Shown here: one piece after another, positions 1-10,268 of the stretch
Numbering within the stretch: the first letter of the stretch is position 1
Layout of the letters: each line of letters opens with the position of its first letter
Assembly: GCF_000328665.1 (NCBI RefSeq)
Contig: NC_019977.1
Coordinates: forward strand, 2,100,011-2,164,010
Direction of reading: 5' to 3'
DNA from: Methanomethylovorans hollandica DSM 15978
GTDB taxonomy: Archaea > Halobacteriota > Methanosarcinia > Methanosarcinales > Methanosarcinaceae
Length of the DNA: 64,000 bases
Translations under genes and position numbers: made by a program
The notes under the pieces: model-generated
The model's database searches: none
What the model saw: only the letters and a program-made list of their open reading frames with translations
Told to the model about the DNA's origin: nothing

Positions 1-2
1 GT

Positions 3-62
3 ACTGTGTTGCAAGTGGAACGAAAAGGCTATGAACAGTTAAAGATAGCAGATAATACATAA
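3..62 (+). CDS. possible 3' end of an upstream gene (partial)
   Basis: Open frame from the window edge, TVLQVERKGYEQLKIADNT*; too short to identify. Confidence 0.3.
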   Translation, partial: TVLQVERKGYEQLKIADNT

Positions 63-104
63 AATGCAAGAAATAAAGTAAGTAGAAATATGGTAGGTTA
101 TATC

Positions 105-3100
105 ATGAAAACGCGTTTAGGTTTTGCTATATATTTAGTATTGATACTGCTGGCAGGTGGGGCAATTGCGATCCCAAGCATTTCTGACCACTCTCCAGCC
201 AGCGATCTGACTTCAACAGTTGGTGATAGCCAAGATTTCAGTGTTAACATAAATGAAACTGCTGATGTTACCTGGTTTTTGAATGGGACACTGGTCAACA
301 CAGATGAAGCAGTAACCACTTCTACATATTCAAATGACGATGCATCCGCTGGAGTATATAATGTTACAGCAGTAACACAGAATGCCAATGGAACTGACCA
401 GTATATCTGGATTTGGACTGTAAATAGTACACCTTTGACTATAACAGGCTACAACCCCGATGACACTACCCCAGAATCCATAACAGGAGAATCAGTAAAT
501 TTTGATGTCACACTCAACCAGGAAGCTGAGATAAGATGGCTTATTAACGGAACAGAAGTGGATACAGCAACAGGTGCTTCAGACTCATATTCAAACAGCA
601 CAGCTCTTGCCGGAAGACATAATGTAACGGCTGTTGCATCGAACATGAACGGTACTGAACAGAGAACCTGGGATTGGACGGTCACAAACGCAACAAATGA
701 AACACTGTCCATTACAGATTTCAGGCCTACTGATACCACCCCAGAATCGACCACCGGAACTCCAATAGAATTTAATATTACACTCAACCAGGAAGCTGAG
801 ATAAGATGGCTGATCAATGGAACCGTTGTGGATACAGCAACCGGCACTTCTGATTTATATACTAACAGTACGGCTGTTCCAGGAACATATAATGTAACGG
901 CAGCTGCATCGAATGCAAATGGCTCTGCTCAACAAATATGGGGTTGGACGGTCACAAGCGCAACAAATGAAACATTATCCATTACAGATTTTACACCCAC
1001 TGACACCACTCCAGAATCTATCACAGGAACTTCAATGGAATTTAATGTTACACTCAACCAAGAAGCTGAGATAAGATGGCTGATCAATGGAACTGTTGTG
1101 GATACAACAGCTGGAACTTCTGATTCATATTCTAACAGTACGGCTGTTCCAGGAACATATAATGTAACGGCAGCTGTATCAAATGCAAATGGCTCTGCTC
1201 AACAGATATGGGACTGGAAGGTTTCAAATGCTGAGATCGGATCTCCCGAGATCACAGGTTTCACTCCTGAAGAGGACCCTGCAAGTGTGGTGGGTGCTTA
1301 TCAGAATTTTACAGTTGAAACTAATCAGGATGTCGATATCGAATGGTATATCGATGGAGATCTGGAGCAAACCAACGAATCTGTATCATTTGCAGCATTA
1401 AATGTTTCGGATAAGGCTACAGGTTCCTATAATGTAACAGCGATAGCATCAAATGAAAATGGAGATGCTCAGAAGAGATGGACATGGACAGTAGCTTCAA
1501 AAACATATCTGAGTGGTGACCGTATATGGGACGCTGATGCCAATCAGTCTCTTGATTATACATGGACGGCCCTGAGCTACTCCGGTTTTTACTATGACCT
1601 TGATACAGGAGAAGGATCAGAGACCATGACCGTGCATCTTGACAGCAGGTCTGACAGATCTATTGACAGAGAGGATCTGGAGTATGAAACCACACCTATA
1701 ACTACTGATTTTGAGTATGGCAATTGGGGTAAGTATCAGGTCATAGGTTTCATGGCCGAGAAATATTTCGCAGGATATCTGGACACTACTCGGTTTACTG
1801 ACGAGATAAGTGTCATGTCGGACGGCATACTCTCTAAAGTGCTCTTAGATGAAAGTGATAAAAAATCACTATATGCAGGCTCAAGCCTTACCCTGGAACA
1901 AGGTTATGCCCTGAACATAGTAGAAGTAGACGTGAACGGTAACAATGTGTATGTAACCCTTTCCAAGGATGGCTCACAAGTTGATGAGACCATAGTAAGA
2001 GATAATGGTACCTATGTCTATGAAGCCGAAATGGGAGACAGTAATGATGTCCCAATAATAGCGGTGCATTTCGGCAATGTATTCCTGGGTACTGAGGCCA
2101 GTGCAGTGTTCATAGATGCTATTTTCCAGATATCTGATGAATACATAAGCGTTGATTCCGGTGACAGCTATGGGGTCATGGAAGTTCAGACCGTGAGCAA
2201 CGAGAAGATAACCATGCAGAATGATGATTCGATCTCCCTCAATAAGGGCAAGGTAACCAATATAATGGGTAAACTGGAATTCATCGTTGCTGATGACTCT
2301 ACTCTGAGATTTGCTCCTTTTGTTGACATGTCAGAAACTGGAACCTATGAACTAAGAGGTACTGTTTCAGAGGAAGAGGCCTTTGAATGGACACCTCTGA
2401 ACTTCGAGGGGTTTTACTACAACATTGATGAGGGGATAGGCACCGAAAAACTTGAGATAACTGAATTATCCGGCAGGACCATTGACGACGGGAATCTGGT
2501 ATATACTTCAACTCCGGAGGATGTGAGTTTCGAGTACGATGACTGGGGAGATTTTGAAGTAATAGGATTCATGGCTGACAAATACTTTGCAGGTTATCCA
2601 AAAAATGATTTCACAAATGAGGTAAGCCTTGTTTCACAGGGTCAGCTCTCCAAAGTGCTTCTGGACAAAAGTGATAAAACATCGTTAGTCTCAGGTTCAT
2701 CTTTAGTACTGGAAGAGGGTTATGCACTGAGCATTGTAGAGGTTGACGTGAACGGCGACACAGTGTATATACGGCTTACAAAGGATGGCGATCAGATAGA
2801 TGATGACATTATTTCCTCAGACGCGACCTATGCCTATAAAATGAATGTAGGGGATGTTGATGATGTACCTGTCATAGCGGTTCACTTCCAGGATGTATTC
2901 CAGGGAACAGAAAGTAGTGCTGTTTTTGTAGATGGCATCTTCCAGATATCAGATGAGTATGTATCTGTAGAAAGTGGTGAAGCCTTTGGTGAGATGGAAG
3001 TGACCGGTATCTCGGAAACCGGCATTACAATGGAGAACGAAGATTCAATATCACTTTCAAGGGACAAAGAAGTCTCTGTTATGGGTGACATTAAGTTCAA

Positions 3101-4076
3101 GGTGGCTGATGACAGTACTGTACGGTTCTATCCCTTCGTGGAAGTGGAAACAGCTGCATCTGAAGCACTCATTATAGATAATAATGAGGTAGTAACCCAG
3201 GGCGTTCCAATGAATATAACGGTCACTTCCAGAGGTATGGCTGTAGGCAATGCCACGTTGAAATTAGATAGCGAAAATATTGGCTCCACTTCTAATGAAG
3301 GAACACTCCGATATACACCCGATCAAACTGGTAACTTCACCATCACTGCAGAAAAAGATGGATATGCCTCTGCAACCTCGAATTTAGAGGTAATATCTTC
3401 TCAGGATGAATCAAGAAAGATGACCATCGATATCATTCCAGAAGAAGTTTTTGAAGGAACTACTGTTGAATTCCGCGTACTTAAGGCAATCGGCGGAGAA
3501 GCCATTGAAGGAGCAGAAGTGGCTTTCGATGGTAGGCCTATAGGTAACACTTCAAGTAATGGTAACATTACCCATACGGTTACAGAAGTGGGCATACACA
3601 AGCTGACTGTTTCAAAGCCCGGATTATTGGACGCAGAACTTAACTTTGAGGTAAAGGAGCTTGCTGCCAGGTTCACCTTTACGAACCTGCAGATATCACC
3701 CCTTGAAGTGAGAGCCGGAGATGAGGCAACTTTCTCTGTGGATGTATCGAACACTGGCACAGCACCTGGGAACTATACTGTTGAACTGAAGATCAATGGT
3801 ACTGTGGCAGACTCCCAAGCAGTGACACTTAACAACGGAAATTCCACAACACTAAAATTCGTCCATGTGGAAGAGGAGCCAGGTACATACATTGCTTCAG
3901 TGCGTGAACTGAACAGTACCTATGAAGTACTTGAGAAATCAGGTACTATATGGTATATCCTAGGGGGTATAATCCTGCTGGCTGCAGCAGGGGTTGGATA
4001 CCTCTTTACAGCTGGCGGCTGGACAGTGGAAATGGCAAAGGCGAAAATAAATGAATTTATCGGTTCTATCCGATAA
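105..4076 (+). CDS. S-layer-domain surface protein: signal peptide, 5 Ig-like repeats, two DUF1608-type S-layer domains, CARDB-like domain, C-terminal TM anchor
   Basis: N-terminal hydrophobic signal; duplicated 'W...F.GFYY.ID.G.G.E...VIGFMA.KYFAGY' blocks typical of the Methanosarcinaceae S-layer duplication domain; C-terminal TM helix; start placed at MKTRL (105). Confidence 0.9.
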   Translation: MKTRLGFAIYLVLILLAGGAIAIPSISDHSPASDLTSTVGDSQDFSVNINETADVTWFLNGTLVNTDEAVTTSTYSNDDASAGVYNVTAVTQNANGTDQYIWIWTVNSTPLTITGYNPDDTTPESITGESVNFDVTLNQEAEIRWLINGTEVDTATGASDSYSNSTALAGRHNVTAVASNMNGTEQRTWDWTVTNATNETLSITDFRPTDTTPESTTGTPIEFNITLNQEAEIRWLINGTVVDTATGTSDLYTNSTAVPGTYNVTAAASNANGSAQQIWGWTVTSATNETLSITDFTPTDTTPESITGTSMEFNVTLNQEAEIRWLINGTVVDTTAGTSDSYSNSTAVPGTYNVTAAVSNANGSAQQIWDWKVSNAEIGSPEITGFTPEEDPASVVGAYQNFTVETNQDVDIEWYIDGDLEQTNESVSFAALNVSDKATGSYNVTAIASNENGDAQKRWTWTVASKTYLSGDRIWDADANQSLDYTWTALSYSGFYYDLDTGEGSETMTVHLDSRSDRSIDREDLEYETTPITTDFEYGNWGKYQVIGFMAEKYFAGYLDTTRFTDEISVMSDGILSKVLLDESDKKSLYAGSSLTLEQGYALNIVEVDVNGNNVYVTLSKDGSQVDETIVRDNGTYVYEAEMGDSNDVPIIAVHFGNVFLGTEASAVFIDAIFQISDEYISVDSGDSYGVMEVQTVSNEKITMQNDDSISLNKGKVTNIMGKLEFIVADDSTLRFAPFVDMSETGTYELRGTVSEEEAFEWTPLNFEGFYYNIDEGIGTEKLEITELSGRTIDDGNLVYTSTPEDVSFEYDDWGDFEVIGFMADKYFAGYPKNDFTNEVSLVSQGQLSKVLLDKSDKTSLVSGSSLVLEEGYALSIVEVDVNGDTVYIRLTKDGDQIDDDIISSDATYAYKMNVGDVDDVPVIAVHFQDVFQGTESSAVFVDGIFQISDEYVSVESGEAFGEMEVTGISETGITMENEDSISLSRDKEVSVMGDIKFKVADDSTVRFYPFVEVETAASEALIIDNNEVVTQGVPMNITVTSRGMAVGNATLKLDSENIGSTSNEGTLRYTPDQTGNFTITAEKDGYASATSNLEVISSQDESRKMTIDIIPEEVFEGTTVEFRVLKAIGGEAIEGAEVAFDGRPIGNTSSNGNITHTVTEVGIHKLTVSKPGLLDAELNFEVKELAARFTFTNLQISPLEVRAGDEATFSVDVSNTGTAPGNYTVELKINGTVADSQAVTLNNGNSTTLKFVHVEEEPGTYIASVRELNSTYEVLEKSGTIWYILGGIILLAAAGVGYLFTAGGWTVEMAKAKINEFIGSIR
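430..1230 (+). repeat. three ~270-bp tandem intragenic repeats encoding Ig-like domains
   Basis: cactcaacca(g/a)gaagctgagataagatggc recurs at 511, 781 and 1051. Confidence 0.9.
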
Positions 4077-4082
4077 ATTCAA

Positions 4083-4604
4083 TTAACCTATTTTTTTTGA
4101 CACTCTTTCTATTGCCTCTATCAGGCTGTTCTTTGGCATGATGGTAGCCACCGGAATCCTCAATATTTTTTCTACTGTTGAACTTACAATTGGTGCACAT
4201 ACCAGTGCACGAGCTCCTTCACGTTCTGCTTTAACTGCTGCAATTATGGCTTCCTCTATAGAGGTTGCAGAATATTCCCTGATAGTACAGAGGTTTCCCC
4301 CTATCTTTTTCTTTGTCTCTCTTATATTATCAAGCACAGGTCTTGCAGCAATTACCGCGATAAAACTTCCTTTTTCAGAATTTTGCAGTCTTTTTATGGT
4401 TCTGACTATCTGTCTCAATGTTTTCATGTTAGGCTCTCTTTTGCCTGACATTATCTTATACAAAGTACTTGCAGGCATATTTGCCTCCTGAGCAAATTCC
4501 ACCGCATTCAAACCCAAATCTTCTTTCATTACCCTGGATAATGTTTTTTGGAACTCCTCATAAGAGGCCAGTATAGCATCTACTACTTCATCTGATGATT
4601 CCAT
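4083..4604 (-). CDS. XRE-family HTH transcriptional regulator (archaeal COG2522-like)
   Basis: HTH 'FAQEANMPASTLYKIMSGKREPN'; divergent from ABC operon. Confidence 0.8.
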   Translation of the reverse strand: MESSDEVVDAILASYEEFQKTLSRVMKEDLGLNAVEFAQEANMPASTLYKIMSGKREPNMKTLRQIVRTIKRLQNSEKGSFIAVIAARPVLDNIRETKKKIGGNLCTIREYSATSIEEAIIAAVKAEREGARALVCAPIVSSTVEKILRIPVATIMPKNSLIEAIERVSKKIG

Positions 4605-4765
4605 GTTCTTTCCTTATATCTGATAAAATATCCGCATAAGGAAAATGTACCGACAATATTTATACTTTCAGGAAAATTCCTTTGTAGCTCACAGGAAACA
4701 TTAAATATAGCTCAGTAGAACGAGTTCATTATTAAGATTCACCATTGAGAAAAAGAGGTGGAATT

Positions 4766-5773
4766 ATGTACAGCAAACAAATTAACAAAATAATAGGGGC
4801 CATTTTAATCATCACTGCTATGATGGCTATTGCATTTATTTCAGGTTGCACTGAACCTCAACAGAAAAAGGAACTGACAGAGATAAAATTCGGATACCAG
4901 CCCAGTACTCATCAGATAGCGTATCTGACAGCAAAGGACAAAGGCATGTGGAACACGAGCCTGGCACCTTTGGGTATAGTGAAAACAAGTGATAATCTGT
5001 TCCCAAGTGGAGCCCCCGAAATGACAGCTATGCTTTCAGGAGACCTTGACGTGGCGTATGTGGGGGCCGCACCATTCATATCTGCTCTGAGTGAGGGGCT
5101 CGATGCCAAAATAGTGGCTGCTGTTCAGGTACAGGGCTCTGATCTCGTAGTACGCACAGGTGTACCTTATGAGAAGCCTGAAGATCTCAAAGGACTGAAG
5201 ATAGCTACATTCCCGCCAGGGACTATTCAGGATACACTGCTTAGAAACTGGCTGAAAACAAATAACATTGACCCGGACAGAGATGTGACCATCCTGCCTA
5301 TGACATCTGCAGACGCTGTAACAGCCATCTCAGCCGGCCAGGTGGATGCTGTGTTCCTGCCACATCCCTCACCAACTGAAATAAAGGAAAAGGGTTATGG
5401 AAGAACTGTAATCCAGTCCGGAGAGATCATGCCTAACCATGCATGTTGTGTCGTTGTGGTCAGTGGAGATCTCATCAAGAATCACCCTGAAGTAGTGAAG
5501 CAGATAGTTAAGACACATGTAGATGCTACAGAGTACAACAATGCGCATCCTGATGAAGCGGCCCAGATCTATGCGGCTGATCAGCAAATGAATATAACCA
5601 TTGTCCAGCACTCAATTAATGAATGGGATGGCACATGGGTGTCAGATCCGCATCTGATCGTAAACTCAACAGTGGATTATGCAAATATACAGTATGAACT
5701 GGGATATATAAAGAAACCACTAACGGAAAAAGATATATTTGATATGTCTTTTTATGATTCCTTACAAAACTAA
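4766..5773 (+). CDS. NitT/TauT/SsuA-family ABC substrate-binding lipoprotein
   Basis: Lipobox ISGC; GYQPSTHQ and HACCVVVV motifs; SD GAGGTG before ATG 4766. Confidence 0.9.
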   Translation: MYSKQINKIIGAILIITAMMAIAFISGCTEPQQKKELTEIKFGYQPSTHQIAYLTAKDKGMWNTSLAPLGIVKTSDNLFPSGAPEMTAMLSGDLDVAYVGAAPFISALSEGLDAKIVAAVQVQGSDLVVRTGVPYEKPEDLKGLKIATFPPGTIQDTLLRNWLKTNNIDPDRDVTILPMTSADAVTAISAGQVDAVFLPHPSPTEIKEKGYGRTVIQSGEIMPNHACCVVVVSGDLIKNHPEVVKQIVKTHVDATEYNNAHPDEAAQIYAADQQMNITIVQHSINEWDGTWVSDPHLIVNSTVDYANIQYELGYIKKPLTEKDIFDMSFYDSLQN

Positions 5774-5823
5774 GAGCATTGACAGCAATTTACATGAAGT
5801 AGCAAGGAGTCCTGTAGGCAGAC

Positions 5824-6651
5824 ATGATAAAAAAAATAATACACGCAGTAAAGAGCAGAGCAGTGGAGACCATTTCCATAGTCTCTGCCCTTCTGCTGTG
5901 GCAAATGACAGCGGATCTTATAGTTCGCAATAAGTTCTTTCTGCCAAGTGTCCTTGATGTAATTTCTGCTGCATTAATGATAGTTCAGCGCCCATCGGTT
6001 TTAGAAATAGGGGCATTGGCCATAGAAATACCGGTGGTTTTAGTTGACCTCTTGCAAAGCCTGTTACATTTTTCCATAGGCATGGTAGCAGCCTTGTTCG
6101 TAGGAATACCCGTAGGCATGATCATGGGCTGGTTCACAACATTGAACAGAGTACTTGATCCGATCATTGAGATGTTAAGGCCTATACCCCCACTTGCCTG
6201 GATACCTTTTGCGATAATATGGCTGGGCCTCACTCCTGTATCAGCCGGTTTTCTGATCTTTATTGGAGCTGTGTTTCCCATTATTATTAACACTTTCACA
6301 GGCCTTAAGAACGTACCACGGATATATGTAGAAGCTGCCAAGGTACTTGGATGCAGGCAGGACCGTGATCTTATAAGATACGTTGCCCTTCCTTCTGCTC
6401 TACCGTCAATTGCAGCTGGTATAAGGATAGCTATGGGCGTGGGGTGGATGTGCCTGGTGGCTGCGGAGATGTTCGGTGTGAGCAAATACGGACTAGGTTT
6501 CAAGATATGGCATCATTACCACCTTCATCAGATGGACTTGGTGCTCGTATACATGATGGTCCTGGGCCTTCTGGGGCTTTTGATTGACAAGACCCTCAGA
6601 TATGTTATCGATGAACACCTGCTCAAATGGCAGGCAGGAGTTGTCAGATAA
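5824..6651 (+). CDS. NitT/TauT ABC permease
   Basis: RPIPPLAWIP and EAA motif (YVEAAKVLG). Confidence 0.9.
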   Translation: MIKKIIHAVKSRAVETISIVSALLLWQMTADLIVRNKFFLPSVLDVISAALMIVQRPSVLEIGALAIEIPVVLVDLLQSLLHFSIGMVAALFVGIPVGMIMGWFTTLNRVLDPIIEMLRPIPPLAWIPFAIIWLGLTPVSAGFLIFIGAVFPIIINTFTGLKNVPRIYVEAAKVLGCRQDRDLIRYVALPSALPSIAAGIRIAMGVGWMCLVAAEMFGVSKYGLGFKIWHHYHLHQMDLVLVYMMVLGLLGLLIDKTLRYVIDEHLLKWQAGVVR

Positions 6652-7418
6652 TGGGAAAAGTAGAAATAAACAATATTACCCGCGTGTTCAGAAAAGAAGG
6701 TGCACCTGAAACCCTTGCATTAGATAACGTGAGTCTTAACATAAATGATAAGGAGTTTGTATGTTTCGTTGGACCTTCTGGTTGCGGTAAGACCACTCTT
6801 CTGCGCATTATTGCCGGACTTGATACTCCAGATTCAGGAGAAATACTATTGGATGGAGCAAAAATATCCATACCGGACTCAAAAAGAGGCATGGTATTTC
6901 AGGAATATTCGCTGTTCCCCTGGAGAAACGTCACCGAAAACATCATCTTTGGCCCGGAAATGAAAGGCATTCCCAGAAAAAAAGCGAAAGAAGATACTGA
7001 AAAATACCTTGAGCTGGTGGGCCTTACCCAGTTCAGGAATAGTTTCCCTCATGAACTATCCGGAGGTATGCGACAAAGAGTTGCTATTGCCCGTGCACTT
7101 GCAAATGAACCGGAAGTATTGCTCATGGATGAACCTTTCGGTGCACTGGATGCTCAGACAAGGAACGCGTTACAGTATCAGTTGCTGGATATATGGGATA
7201 AGAAGCACATAACCATCCTATTCGTCACCCATAGTGTGGATGAAGCTGTATTTTTGGCCGACAGGATAGTAATTATGACAGCAAGGCCCGGAAAGATTAA
7301 AGAAGTAATAAATGTGGGTCTTCCACGTCCCAGAATACGAACAAGCCCTGAAGCAAACCAGCTGAGGACCACCGTATTAAAATTACTTTCCGAAGAAAGA
7401 AAGGAAAGAATTGATTAA
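6651..7418 (+). CDS. NitT/TauT ABC ATP-binding protein
   Basis: GPSGCGKT, LSGGMRQR, LLMDEPFGALD; TAATG overlap with permease. Confidence 0.95.
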   Translation: MGKVEINNITRVFRKEGAPETLALDNVSLNINDKEFVCFVGPSGCGKTTLLRIIAGLDTPDSGEILLDGAKISIPDSKRGMVFQEYSLFPWRNVTENIIFGPEMKGIPRKKAKEDTEKYLELVGLTQFRNSFPHELSGGMRQRVAIARALANEPEVLLMDEPFGALDAQTRNALQYQLLDIWDKKHITILFVTHSVDEAVFLADRIVIMTARPGKIKEVINVGLPRPRIRTSPEANQLRTTVLKLLSEERKERID

Positions 7419-7443
7419 GCTAAAATAGCTGGTTCAAAATAAC

Positions 7444-7875
7444 TCATTCGGAACGTACTATCACTTTCGTTCCGGCCTCTATATCCTTTATGCTGACCTT
7501 GCCTACCAGTTCCAATAGTGTCTCAGCTTTTACAAAACCCACCGAACAGCCTGGTCGCACAAGCATCTGCCCACCACATGTAGCAGAACCTGCGATATCG
7601 ACATCATCCATTAGTGTAAGGTCTTTGTCCACCTGTAAGCTACCCCTTATCTCACAGTGCGGACCAATGATCGCATTATGTGCCTGCACATCCCCTTTGA
7701 CCAGAGAGTTCTTCCCAAGTTCCAGATTTCCTTCAACTCTCAGTTCCTGCCAGAAGTTACAGCTTGCGCCGACTATCAGATTGCCTTTGAGCAGAACACT
7801 ATTCTCAAAGTATGCTTTTTTCTGGATGATGTAGGTATTAGAACCGGGATGGTATTTGATAAATTCTGTATTCAT
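7444..7875 (-). CDS. beta-helix protein, bactofilin/polymer-forming cytoskeletal-like
   Basis: Repeated V.G.L units (LRVEGNLELG, VKGDVQA, IRGSLQV). Confidence 0.6.
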   Translation of the reverse strand: MNTEFIKYHPGSNTYIIQKKAYFENSVLLKGNLIVGASCNFWQELRVEGNLELGKNSLVKGDVQAHNAIIGPHCEIRGSLQVDKDLTLMDDVDIAGSATCGGQMLVRPGCSVGFVKAETLLELVGKVSIKDIEAGTKVIVRSE

Positions 7876-7970
7876 TTTATCACTGGTACAAGATGATGCA
7901 ACTAAGAACGTGTATTATAGGCTGGCCTCTCATATATATTAGTTTCATAAGAGGCTATTTGAGAAAGCTG

Positions 7971-8663
7971 CTATAAATGCCATAATGCAAGCGTGATCAA
8001 TGAAAGAGAACTTGCAACAATGCTATCTTCTCCTATACCCCAGAAACCTTCAGAGTTCTGTGCTTGCATAAGCCAGTCAATAGAAACTTTAAGCTCTTCC
8101 CTCAAACCTATCATTAAAAGTGACTGCATCACTATATTGCTGGTTGCTATGTTCTTCCATCCACCATCAGGTCCGCGTTTTTCAAGCAACCAGCGTGCTC
8201 TTCCATCTATAAGGTCACGATATTCATCCTGGGTAGCACCCTGTTTTACCAAAGCCATGATCACCAGCGCAGTGGTTCCAGGATGTTCCCATTCAGGCCC
8301 ATAGTTATCAAATAACCATCTGCAACCTTCCGGATCATGAATACCCATATCTGCAAGGGCTATGAGGGAATATGTGGTATCGTACACGTTACGGTCCCAG
8401 GAGCCTTCTTTTTTTTGTGAAAGAAGCCATTGCCCCGCATCCGGGAAGATCAGACCCATATGAAAAAGAGAAGAGATCACTCTTGCAGTTTCTCTTACAT
8501 TCCCTCCCCAGGGTGGATTGCCTTTGAGCCAGACAAGGCGAGCAGTATGCCGGCTGGGAAGTTTCCATGCGCCGCGAGCCCAGACCACGCGGGAGATCTC
8601 CTTGGTGGAATCAGGTTGTTGTATATCGATCCAATCAAGTGCCTTTGATATCCTGGGGTCCAT
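7971..8663 (-). CDS. prenyltransferase/squalene-oxidase repeat (alpha/alpha barrel) protein
   Basis: QW-like motifs WLLSQKKEGSW, WLLEKRGPDGGW, WLMQAQNSEGFWG. Confidence 0.7.
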   Translation of the reverse strand: MDPRISKALDWIDIQQPDSTKEISRVVWARGAWKLPSRHTARLVWLKGNPPWGGNVRETARVISSLFHMGLIFPDAGQWLLSQKKEGSWDRNVYDTTYSLIALADMGIHDPEGCRWLFDNYGPEWEHPGTTALVIMALVKQGATQDEYRDLIDGRARWLLEKRGPDGGWKNIATSNIVMQSLLMIGLREELKVSIDWLMQAQNSEGFWGIGEDSIVASSLSLITLALWHL

Positions 8664-8698
8664 GAAATATAATATACGGGTCTGTATTTAGTGTTTTT

Positions 8699-8902
8699 CT
8701 AGCAATGCATCCTATACCTGTGCCTCTTAGCATACTCTGCTTTTTTTCCGGGATTCCATTGGTTCACATGACTGTAATAGCCGGTTACCCTGGATACAGG
8801 ATCAGTTACCGGACTTGAGCATAGCGGGTATATTTCACTTACACCTCTGGAAGTATACCCCTTATAACATATGGAAAAATGAGGGGAGAAACAGAAATAA
8901 AC
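8699..8902 (-). pseudogene. nrdD: C-terminal remnant of class III anaerobic ribonucleotide reductase (glycyl-radical domain)
   Basis: Hand translation VYFCFSPHFSICYKGYTSRGVSEIYPLCSSPVTDPVSRVTGYYSHVNQWNPGKKAEYAKRHRYRMHC*; RVTGY...WN.GK..E...R is the NrdD terminus; in-frame TGA upstream (8933-8935) and no ATG/GTG/TTG before the motif. Confidence 0.8.
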
Positions 8903-8968
8903 AAAACAATATAAAAATGTATTGTGCAGGGATCATAGACTTTTCCCCGCACAAAAAGTGTACGAAAC

Positions 8969-9808
8969 TTACACCTGTTTTTTAAATCCAACAACAGAAT
9001 CTACTATCTTTGTGAATTCCCTTGACCACTCAGTGGAATCGGCATCCAGAGTATGCACCTTTCCGCTATCCTCGATCTCAGCGAGCTTTGGATCCATGGG
9101 CAAAGCGCCAAGCACCGGCACATCAAAGTCCTTGGCTGCCTTTTCAACTCCACCTTTACTGAAAAGATCTATTCTCTCATCACAATGAGGGCAGATGATC
9201 ACACTCATATTCTCCACTATGCCGATCACAGGAACCTTTAGCATATGGGCGAAGGTAATAGACTTGCGTACACTTACCAGTGCCATGTCCTGAGGTGTAG
9301 TGACGACCACAGCACCATCGATCTTTTCAATGAGCTGAGCAATGCTGAGGGGCTCATCACCGGTTCCCGGTGGCAGGTCAACGATCAGGTAATCAAGCTT
9401 TCCCCATGAAACATCTTCCAGGAACTGTTTGATAGCTGCCATCTTGGCCGGTCCTCTCCATATCACTGGAGAATCCTTGTCCTCAATTAGTAAGGCAATG
9501 GACATAACTTTGAGGTTATCTGTCACTGATACTGGAACAATGCCTTTCTCGTCCACTTCAGGTCTTTTGTCCTCTATCCCGAACATCTTGGGAATGCTTG
9601 GTCCGTGAATGTCACCGTCAAGGAGACCAACTTTGAATCCTTTTCGGGCAAGCTGGGCAGCAAGATTGGCTGCAACAGTACTTTTGCCGACCCCACCTTT
9701 TCCACTCATTACCATTATCTTGTTCTTAATAGCCCTCATATTGGCAACTAATTTTGATTCCTGTGGTTTCTGGAGCAGATCCTGCGTTTTCTGAACTTTC
9801 TTGTCCAT
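8969..9808 (-). CDS. Mrp/NBP35 Fe-S cluster carrier ATPase
   Basis: SGKGGVGKST, DLPPGTGDE, CPHC. Confidence 0.95.
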   Translation of the reverse strand: MDKKVQKTQDLLQKPQESKLVANMRAIKNKIMVMSGKGGVGKSTVAANLAAQLARKGFKVGLLDGDIHGPSIPKMFGIEDKRPEVDEKGIVPVSVTDNLKVMSIALLIEDKDSPVIWRGPAKMAAIKQFLEDVSWGKLDYLIVDLPPGTGDEPLSIAQLIEKIDGAVVVTTPQDMALVSVRKSITFAHMLKVPVIGIVENMSVIICPHCDERIDLFSKGGVEKAAKDFDVPVLGALPMDPKLAEIEDSGKVHTLDADSTEWSREFTKIVDSVVGFKKQV

Positions 9809-9861
9809 ATTGTTTCACCTGAATGATAATTCAAATTTTAAGAGATATCCGTGCATGTGGC

Positions 9862-10197
9862 TTATGCTGACCTTCTGCAACCTTTGTTTTCCTCTCCGAC
9901 AGTGACATAATCCCCGCCTGAGATCTCGATAGCTTTCCCATTAGTGAGAGCAAAAGTAACTTTTCTTCTGGCACTTTGCAGATCTTCCCAGAAGGCTCTT
10001 CTTGATATCCCCATTTTAAGGGATGCCTCTTCCTGTGTAAGACCTTCAAGATCCACAAGACGCAAAGCCTCAAGTTCTTCTATTGCAATACAAACTACCT
10101 CCAGTTCACGTAGAGGCACTCCTCTTGGTTTAAAATAGATCACTTCCGGAGTAAGCTCCACACGTCGTGGGCACTTAGGACGTCCTCGCTCTTTCAT
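9862..10197 (-). CDS. DUF134 (UPF0251) DNA-binding protein
   Basis: RGRPK..R..., [34 protein letters not shown]. Confidence 0.9.
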   Translation of the reverse strand: MKERGRPKCPRRVELTPEVIYFKPRGVPLRELEVVCIAIEELEALRLVDLEGLTQEEASLKMGISRRAFWEDLQSARRKVTFALTNGKAIEISGGDYVTVGEENKGCRRSA

Positions 10198-10268
10198 AGC
10201 ATTTTTTCACAATGGATATTAATTATATATAGTTTCCTACAGTCAAAAGTGACCCGATGTAGAAAGGG

